A stretch of 64,000 nucleotides of DNA from Azolla caroliniana (taxonomy: Eukaryota; Plantae; Polypodiophyta): the NCBI GenBank assembly GCA_043228905.1, contig JBHGNT010000008.1, positions 9,548,001 to 9,612,000 on the forward strand, in the 5' to 3' direction. Below are positions 54,559 to 64,000 of this stretch, piece by piece. Numbering within the stretch: position 1 is the first letter of the stretch; every line of letters begins with the position of its first letter. The translations under genes were made by a program, and so were the position numbers. Below the pieces are notes generated by a model that was given only the letters and a program-made list of their open reading frames with translations, did no database searches and was not told where the DNA came from.

Positions 54559-57500
54559 TGTTGAGAGACAAGCTCAACATTCGGTGTGTAATCAGGTGCG
54601 TAACCCAGTGCGTAAACTGGGTGCGTAAAATCGTGCGTACAATAGGCCGTAGCGGTGTGGAAACTATGAGGCCGTTGGAAAGATATTCCGCATAAGAATA
54701 TATTCTGGGAGTTAGTGTAGAGCTCAGTTATGAGCATTGAAGTACATGTCAGTACTTTTGTCAGTCCGTATGGACTTGTATAAAATGTGCTCACTGAGCA
54801 CAAAGCATGTATAGAGTGTTATTATTTTGAAATAGAATTGAATTGTCTACTCTCTCTGTCTCTCCCTCTCCATCTCTACGTTTACCGAACTGTCTTTTTT
54901 TTCCGAATTGTGTACTCTGTGTTTCGCATACGCTTCCGCACATATATTCTTTTACATGGTATCAGGGCGTGAGGGTTGAAGTTCTCTGCAGCTGACAAGA
55001 AAAGCTTGCGACAAAACAGAGTTGAAGTTGTTCTTCGTTTTTTTTTCGGAAAAGAAAAAGACAACAATATGGACAGAGGTATGGGAAGCTCGCTACTGAC
55101 TAAAAAGCTTGATAGGAGCAAACACGCATCTTGGTCGTACAAGATGCACCAGTGCCTGCTCGGTCACGACTACTGGAGCTATGTACCAGCACCCGATTGG
55201 ACACATAGAGATTTTTCGGCTTAGGAACAAGCGGCAAGCAGAGTTCTCTACTACTTTGCATCCTGTGTGAGCAACGAGCTATTGAGCTATATTTGGGATG
55301 CTAAGATGCCAAAGGACACGTGGGTGAATCTCAAAAAGATTTTCGCCGCAAGCACAATGGCCAGGAAGCTGTAACTCAGGCAGGAGCTCAACAATGTCTG
55401 GCAGAAAGATCTGCCTGTGGCCGATTACACGGCCCAAATCAAGGAAATCTACGATTCCCTCGCCTCCGTCAACGTGAACGTTGAGGAAGATGAAATGGTG
55501 CAGGTTTGTCTTGGTGGGTTAGCGTCAAATTTTGGAGCGTTTTGAACGACGGTCTATACAAGGGAGAATACACCTTCATTCTTCGTGCTTCAGTCAATGT
55601 TGCTCATGGAGGAAAATCACGGGAATACACACGCTAACAACAAGATGTTGTACACAGAGGTAGATAGGCGCGCAATGGAGGCGGCCTACAAGAGCAGAAC
55701 ATGCGGCATAATCAAAATGCCCACAACAGTTCCAGACCCTCCACAAGCAGGGGGGTGATGGCGGCGCCGGAAGCCGGCAAGAGAAGCCCGCGTCGGAATG
55801 TTGGTTCTGTGGCAAGAAAGGCCACAAGGAGAGTGAGTGCTAGAAAAAGAAAGCTGATTCGGACAAAGCTGGATCGAGCGAAAGATACGCGGGAAGACGT
55901 CAAAGGTCGCACTATGCCGAGGGCTCCGAACGAGCCGGAAATGGATCGGGCCCCCCCTTTGTAATGAAGCATAAGGCCAATTCGATGGCCGTGAACACCT
56001 CAAAATCGAATGAGGTGTGGTATGTTGATTCCGGAGCGTCAAATCATATGACGAGTCACGAGAAATGGTTCTCGTACTTGGAGAAACCGGAATCACAAGC
56101 AGTGGTCAAAACCGGAATCACAAGGAGTGGTCGAAACCGGAGACGACACTCTACATACCATCAAACATGTCGGTGAAGTTCCCCTCAGCCACGTCGGGCA
56201 GAAAGGGAAGCTCATGAACGTGTTGCATGTCCCGACAATAACCAAGAACCTTGTGTCGGTTGGACAGATCGTCGACTAAGGTATGCAAGTTCGATTCACG
56301 CATCTCGGCCGCTTCATAGAAGAGGAAGGCAAAGTAATCGCGCAAGGGTGCCATGAAGGGAGGATGTTTATCCTCGACACTAATCAAGCCGGAACCGCGT
56401 TGTATGCGAAAGGACAAAAGGTCAAATTGGATATCGACTTGCAGCACAAGCGGTTCGACCATGTAAATTTCCCACGGCTTCGTGAGATGCAGATGAAGAA
56501 CATTGTTTTCGGCTTGCCGAAATTTCGAGGCCGGAATGGCCAAGTTTGCGAAGCCTATCAGATGGGAAAACAACACCGACTTCCATTCCCCAACGAGCGA
56601 AATCGTAGTCGAAATCCACTGGATTTGATCCATTCGGATGTGTGGGGACCGGCACAGAATGTGAGTCTCGGTGGAAACCATTACTTTGTAACCTTCATCG
56701 ACGACTTCACTCGGCACACGTGGGTATGCACGATCGGGAAGAAGAGAGAAGTCTTCGCATGTTTCCTGAAGGTGAAGAGCCTTGCGGAAAGGGAAATAGG
56801 GCATAAGATCAAATGCCTACGGTCCAATGGCGGGAAGAAGTACTTCTCCGACCAGTTCACAAGTTATCTACAGAAGGAGGGAATTCGACGTGAATTCTCG
56901 TGTAGATACATGCCGCTACATAACGGCATGGCCGAGCGGAAGAATCAGACAATCGAAGAAGCGGCCAAGGCAATGCTTGAAGAGAAGCATATGCCAAAAT
57001 TTTATTGGGCCAAAGCCATGAAGACGGTTGTCTACTTGCAGAGTCGGACTTCTGCTAATGGAGTGTCGCCATATGTGTTGTATTTCGGGAAGAAGCTGAA
57101 CTTGGCACACTTGAGGATTTTCGGCAGCATCGCAGATGTAAACGTGCCGAAAGAAAAGAGGAGGAAGCTGGACGCCAAAGCCGAGAAGTGTATCTTGGTC
57201 GGCTATTCAGACGAGTAGACGGGGTATAAGTGTTATAACCCCCGAACAAAGGAAGTACGCGTAAGTCAAGACGTTGTATTCGACGAGTCCGCTTCATGGT
57301 ACTTGCCCTCATCTCCAATTCCTCATGACTCCATTCCGAATTCTGAGGACAAAGTCAGCAAGGCCGAAATGCCTCCGCACGATGAAGAAGAGCTCTAAGA
57401 GAGAGTCCGATCTCATTTCGGCTAAGTGGGCCGAATGAGGGCTTGGGCCGAAATGGCCAACCTATTGAAGAGGTGGCGGGTAGTGAAGACTCAATTGTGA

Positions 57501-59677
57501 TGTCCCCGCGTAAAGAACCGAGGAGACGGTTTACGCGCAATGAGAAGGGCAAGAAGAAAATGTCGGAGTACGGGCCAATTGAGAAGGAACCTCCACGAAA
57601 GAGGTCGGAATTAGCCGGAAAGGTCATGAAATCAAGTAATCGCGAATTACGTTGATCAACCCGCCAGAAGAACCCCATAAAAAGATACAGGTATAATGAG
57701 TACATGGCGCATCATTACGCATACATGACGCGAGTGGTGGAAGTGCGTGAGCCGGAGAGCTACACAGAAGCGGCAAAAGACGCGAACTGGCGTGCCACGA
57801 TGGAGGAAGAGATGCGCGCTTTGACTAATAATGAGACTTGGGACCTGGTTGATGCACCGACGGGTGTAAAGCTGATCAGATGTAGGTGGGTGTACATTAC
57901 GCGCTGAATATGCTCTTCAAGTTCGGGATGGCAAATTGTAAGCCCATTTCGACCCCTCTGGAAAAAAATGTAAAGCTTTGCCGAGACTCGAGAAAGGCAT
58001 GCGACCCGACACGGTTTTGACAAATTGTCGGAAGCCTCATCTATTTGACGATTACTCGGCCGGATCTTAGCTACCTGGTCAGCTTAATCAATCAATTTGT
58101 GTCGCAGCCTACGGCCGAACACTTTCAGTGCGCACAAAGGATATTGCGATATGTAAGCAGCACGAAAGACATGGGCTTTCTATATCGAGCAGGCGTAGCC
58201 GAATAGTTGGTTGGCTACACGGATGCCGATTGGGACGGAAATGCAACGATCGTAGATCCACATCCGGGTACACATTCTCCTTGGGTTATGCAGCGATCGT
58301 GTGGAGCAGCAAGAAGCAGCCGATAGTAGCATTGTCGAGCACGGAGGCTGAATATCGAGGGGTGACTGTCGCTACGTGCGGATTCATTTGGCTGAAACGG
58401 CTATTACGGGATCTGCATGTAGAGGTGTCTGATCCGACGACGATCTATTGCAACAACCTCAGCAGTATCCACCTTGCGAAAAACCCCGTATTCAACACCC
58501 GGACCAAGCACATTGAGGTGCACTACTTTGTCCGTGAGTGGGTCCTCTCAGGTGAAGTCGAACTAGCGTATGTTCCGACGGATCGGCAGGTTGTCGACAT
58601 CTTCACCAAGCCTCCTAGTCTCGACAAGTTACGACATTTCTCGGGGGAGCTAGGGTTGTGTCACCTCGAAAGGAAGAACAAGAACAGGAACAAGAGCATG
58701 AAAGGAAGAACAAGAACTTGAGAGGGAGAAAGGAAGAACAGGAACATCGACTTTAGGGGGAGAAAGGCAAAACAAGAACAAGAGCAAGAAAGGAGCGGAG
58801 GTGTTCACCATGGTGGAAGTGACCGTGTTGAGGAATCAGACGAAGAATTTGATTTCGAACTGGCTGAAGAACCTGAAGAAAGAAGCAAGGGCCATAATCA
58901 TAGGAAAGAGTCGAAGACAACCGAATCAGGGGGAGATAAGGCCAAGACGAAGACGTGGTCAGAAGTTGTCAAAGGCCTGAAGACTAAAGACTAATTGGAG
59001 ACAGCCAATTCGGAGGAAAGCGGAATTGAATCGGAAACGTTCGATTCAGTTATTACGAATTGACTGAGGGACAAGCAGAGAAAAGGGCAACAAACGATGC
59101 ACCAACACCATGACAGCAAGGGAGCTGAGAAGGGCCAAAGGAGCAGACAAGCCGACCAGAAGGGTCGAAGCGCACGGAATCAAACGGGTCGAGGAGCGCG
59201 AGCGAGGTGTGAAGCCAGAAGGAAGAGGGGCGTAGATCTAGAAGAGCGGACGAAACCTCAAGTTGAGCTTGAGGTGGAGTGTTGAGAGACAAGCTCAATA
59301 TTCGGTGCGTAATCAGGTGCGTAACCGAGTGCGTAAACTGGGTGCATAAAACCGTGCGCACAATAGGCCGTAGCGGTGCGTAAACCGCAAAGCCGTTGGA
59401 AAGATATTCCGTGTAGGAATATATTTTGGGAGCTAGTGTAGAGCTCAGTTATGAGCATTGAAGTACGTGTCAATACTTCTGTCAGTGCGTATGGACTTGT
59501 ATAAAATGTGCGAAATGAGCACAAAGCATGTACAGAGTGTTATTATTTTGAAATAGAATTGAGTTTTCTGCTCTCTCCGTTTGTCCCTCTCTCTCTCTGC
59601 GTTTACCGAACTCTCTTTCTTTTCCAAACTGTGTACCCTGTCTTTCGTATACGCTTCCACACATATATTCTTTTACA
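54559..59677 (+). mobile_element. Full-length decayed Ty1/Copia
   Basis: 398-bp LTRs 54559-54956 and 59280-59677; TSD AAAAC; PBS TGGTATCAGGGC 54957; PPT GAGGTGGAG 59271; gag, WYVDSGAS protease, integrase 56283-57218, partly deleted RT, and RNase H SSTEAEY. Confidence 0.95.
56283..57218 (+). pseudogene. Copia GAG-pre-integrase/integrase fragment
   Basis: LDLIHSDVWGP, FIDDFTRHTW, IKCLRSNGG and NGMAERKN. Confidence 0.9.
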
Positions 59678-62401
59678 AAAACAAAGTTTGGTGGTTAAAG
59701 ATGAGGGGAAAAAACCGTTGTATAGAACTAGTGATGTTGTTGTTGAAAAGGATTGACATCATGTTAAGGGAAAGTCAAAGGGGAAATCAATGAATATGCA
59801 ACGTAATAGTTTGCCCACTACTCTTGAGATTGCTTGGAAAGGAAATTCAGGAACTAGGGAGGGTGCTCGAAAAGTTCATTGGCAAAGAGAATTTAGGGAT
59901 AAGGGATTACCCCTTCACCTTCAATTCGATTCATTGGGACGAGTTGTAAATTCATTGAATTCTTGAGGTTTTCGTCAAGCGAGAGAACCTGAACAAAAGA
60001 TTTCAATAGACAACCCTAAGGATGTGGTGCATGAAAATCCATATGCAGCATTGGAACATGCTTTGACTAGTTTCATGACATCGGTAGCTCTAAAGGTGTA
60101 AGTGTACCCATAACATTGTTGATTGAATGAAAGTGGTAACATGGAATGTGAGAGGGGCATGTTCTCCTCATAAGAAGTACTATATATTTTGGGAAACTTT
60201 GTTAAGTAAACAATGGGATGTATTATGTGCAGTTGAGCATAAGTGTCATGAGTTAACAGGATCCACAGTTCATTTACATGGATATTCATCATTCTATGTA
60301 GGACATCTTAATAATCATTATTCAAGTGTGGTATTAATCGCGCGGAATAAATATTATCCTCAAGTGGTGCATAATGATCCTTATGGTCGGTTTTTGGTTC
60401 TAGAAATTACTTTTTTTGGTGAGGTTGTGTGGGTGGTTGGGATTTATTCCCCTAACCAAGCCACTCAACGTTTTGCATTATGGGGTTCACTCCTTCAAAA
60501 CCTATGTCTGGGTCGTCCCAAATTACTTATGAGTGATTTTAACATGTGTGTTGATGCATCTCAATCTACGTCTGAACATTCAATCATGGATGATCCTGAG
60601 CAACTTGCTTGGGATGCATTGGCTATGGAGGTTCTGAAGTTGGATGTTTGGACATGGTTGCATGGGAATGATCCAGGTTTTACTTTCTAATCCGCTCAAC
60701 ATAAACAAATATGGAGTTGGTTAGATAGAATGTATGTGATATACAATGATTCCTTTTTACTGACATCACTTTGTATGAAAGTTCTACAAGATGTAGGAAC
60801 TTCAGATCACTTTCCTATTTGTTTGGAGGTTTGTAATCATGCAATTGACATGTATAAATCCTTACTTGGAAAGCCTCCATTACGCTTTAACTCTTTTTCT
60901 TCAACCTCACTTTGATTCTCTCATTGAGCAAATTTTGGTAAATTTTTCACAAGAAGTGAATCTTAAAGGAGTCAAAGCATGGGATATCACGTTACGAAAC
61001 ATTAAGATCATTCATCATATGTATGGAGTAACTAATGCTCAATGAAGAAGAGGTCTTCTTCGACAATTCTCACAAGTTAAAGGGGCTCTTAACTTTGATG
61101 TTTCAACATTCTTGGGCTTCTGGTCCTATGCCTCAAGCTTGGAAGGTTGGTCTAATTAAATTAGTTCCAAAGGTGACATCTCCCGAGTCATTTCATCAAT
61201 GCAGACCTATTTCTTTGATAGGGGGGTTGTATAAGATATTTACAAAGGTCTTGGCAAATAGATTACAAAAGTATTTGCCAAAGTTGATACATCCTGCCCA
61301 ATATGGTTTTATTGCACGTAGGAATATATTGCATAATGTGTTGAATGTTCAAATGGCCATGGATTATGCTCGAAACACTCATCAAGAATTGATTATGGTG
61401 CAATTAGATTTGGAGAAAGCTTATGATCATGTTAATTGGTCATTTTTTCTAGGTTAATGCATATAATGGGCTTTGGACCTCGTATGTCTTGCCTCATATT
61501 TTTATTAGGAAAAGATGCGGTGTCTCGAGTAATGCTTAATGGGGGAGTTACATCAGATATTGCCCTCACAAGATCCGTTCGTCAAGGATGCCTTCTTAGC
61601 CCATCGTTGTTTGCTATTGTTACTCATCCCTTGTTAGTGATGTTATCAAGGCTTGCAACAAATGGTGACATTGTGGGTCTACACCTTCTATCTGGAGGGC
61701 AACTAGTAGCACAAGCTTTGGCTGATGATTCTTTCCTATTTTTACAAGCCTCACGAAAGAATCTTGAGAAGGGAATGCTTGTATGGAACCAATTTGCATT
61801 GGCTTCCGAATTAAATATTAATTGGAGGAAGTCTAGTCTCATATCATGTACTGAAAAGGGATTTGGAATGTTTAGGATGACAAGGATCTGTGGTGAAGAA
61901 AGGCTCTATTTTTTGACACTTGGGCTATTCATTAGGAATGAATGTTACAAATGGTCAATTGATTGAATGAATGTCTAGTAAGTTGAGGGATAAGTTCATG
62001 TATTGGAAGTCACAATCTTGGCCATTTCATGTACGCTTGAAGGTTGTACAATGTATTATGGAACCCATGATACTATATTACTTGCCATTGTTGCCATGGA
62101 CAAAGAAGGCTTTGCATTCTATTTTGCAACCTCTTCGATATTTGTTGTGGAAGAAGGGGGATAAGATGGGAATCACTTGGGTTGCATGGAATCATCTAGC
62201 AACCCCTAAGCGCTTTAGGGGAGCTGAAATACTGAACTTATCTAAGCATATGATGGCTCATAGTTTTTCATTATTACAAGACATGTGTTCAAACTCACAA
62301 CCATGGATATCTATTGTTCAATATTCATTGAGAACAAGGGTTTAAGACATGGGAGGACAACGATTAAGGCTTCAAGGTGACAATTAATGAATGGATGTAT
62401 T

Positions 62402-64000
62402 TGTCAGAACCAAGAGAAAAGATAGAGTGGTAGAAGAAAGATGTAAAGAGATCACAAGAAGAGAGGAATGAAGTGATAAGAGAAGAATGAATGTATTACT
62501 AAGATAGAATGAATATGGATACAAGAAAGGTGACGAAATCTTAAGACTGGTGTTGGTTCGAATTGGTTTGAGAAGAATTGTATGTCCATATTTATAGGTT
62601 CCTATAGAATAGCCTAGTGATTTCTATAATGTTCTAGAATGTTCTAGACCTAGAATATTCTAAGATGTTCTAGGATATTCTAGAATGTTCTAGAATGTTC
62701 TAGGACATTTACAATAATCAATCTATTATAGGAAGTAGCTTTTATTATTTTATATAATCATATGTTATCCTAATGGGTAGGTTCTTTATTATGTATTACA
62801 AAGTCTTGGGTTCAAGCCCAAGTGAAGCCATGATTCTTATGTATTCATGACACTATCTCCCCTTCGAGAACGACAAGTGGAAGTCGTCGTTAACAATGTA
62901 GGGCCCAGTTTGTTTGGATAACGGTGATGGAAGTCTTTGACAAGAGCTTGAGCATTAGAAACATTATTGACGGGTTCCCAAGTGAGATCACTCGGAGGAT
63001 AGCCAACCTAATCCTCCTGATAATAGAGTTTATTCCGCACAATCTTCGAATCAAGAATAGCAGCTACCTCATATTCAAGGCAGTCAACAAGGTGGACAGA
63101 GGGTGGAGGTGGCACAACACAATTAGGAATAGAAGAGGTGCGACAAGGTTCCAAACGAGAGCTATGAAAGACTGGGTGAAGCCACATGTGTGCTGGAAGA
63201 TTAAGACGAAAGGTGGCATTGTTAATACGCGCAATGATGAGAAAAGGACCTAAGCGTTGATAATAGAGCTTCTCACATGGCCGGGTAGTCTTGATGTGAT
63301 GACGAAGCAACCATACTTGGTCGCCAACCTTAAAAGGAGACTTAAGACGATGGCGATCTGCGTTGGTCTTATGTTGTGGTTGAGCTGTCTGAAGATGTGA
63401 AGATAACACTAACTGGATTCGATGTAGTCAATGAAGATGATGCTCAACACTAGGGTTTCGTGCGACCTTGGGAAGATCCAAGATACACCATCGAGGATGG
63501 TTACTGGTGTAGGCAAAGAAAGGTGTAATCTTGGTAGAATAGTGTACCGTGTTATTCTATACAAACTCAGCCAAATGTAAAATATTGCTCTAATCATCTT
63601 GTTGATAACTGATGAAGCATCTAAGATATTGCTCGAGTGTTTGATTTGTGCGCTCTATTTGTCCGTCGGTTTGTGGATGATAAGCCGAAGAGAGTTCGCA
63701 GGAGATTTTGAGGCTTGCCCATAGGTGCTTCCAAAAGTGAGAGATAAATTGAGGACCATGATCAGTAATTATATCGTTTGGAAGACCATGGTGGCGAAAT
63801 ACTTCACGCATAATGATATCTGTGGTTTCCTGACTAATGATACTCTTTACACATGGTAAAAAATGTGCCATTTTGGTAAATGGATCCACTACTGTTAAAA
63901 TGGTATCAAATCCTTTTGAAGGCGGCATATCCGTAATGAAATCCATAGAAATAGACTGCCATGGCTTGGTTGGAGGCGGCAATGGTTGTAACAAGCCATA
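62402..64000 (-). mobile_element. 3' end of a second Tcn1-like chromovirus (integrase, chromodomain, PPT, 3' LTR 62402-62852)
   Basis: PWQSISMDFITD and YEVAAILDSKIVRNKLYY; PPT CTATCTCCCCTTC 62853-62865; LTR TGTCA...TGACA. Confidence 0.9.
62678..62700. promoter_or_regulatory. Perfect 5-unit heat-shock element in LTR U3
   Basis: TTC-TA-GAA-TG-TTC-TA-GAA-TG-TTC within a 10-bp-period array 62620-62705. Confidence 0.62.

Larger units (their letters stand above)
53330..62401 (+). mobile_element. L1-clade LINE (ORF1+ORF2), decayed, interrupted by a Copia and a chromovirus LTR
   Basis: ORF1 with DUF4283-like segment (GPRGFYDVVF..VMQWSP) and CFGCGKWGHFMAEC; ORF2 MKVVTWNVRG (60127), RPISL, LDLEKAYD, VRQGC and LADDS; deletion near 61045. 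Confidence 0.85.

Overview
Eukaryotic, transposon-dense DNA from a land plant, most likely a fern or other seed-free plant (inferred from Tcn1-like chromoviruses, RTE-X-like and L1 LINEs, iMet-primed Copia elements and abundant (GA)n). Two probable host genes face each other. One is an intronless ~1515-aa repeat/coiled-coil ORF (15203-19750, +). The other is a spliced bHLH+ACT-like transcription factor (exons 31890-31144, 31025-30828, 22316-22146, -) whose 8.5-kb intron holds an L1, a hAT-type MITE, an LTR remnant and a minisatellite. The rest is nested retroelements. A young, near-intact non-chromovirus Ty3/Gypsy (37098-46937; 419-bp LTRs, TSD AGGGT) carries an extra 889-aa sense ORF and has no canonical PPT. 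It sits inside a Tcn1-like chromovirus (34929-50069) whose LTRs show a Tf1-type self-priming signature, heat-shock-element arrays and tRNA-like A/B boxes. Also present: a decayed full-length Copia (54559-59677) inside an L1, several LTR and LINE fragments, a solo LTR and a tRNA-derived SINE with a 17-bp TSD. All assignments are by-eye motif recognition; no database searches were run.
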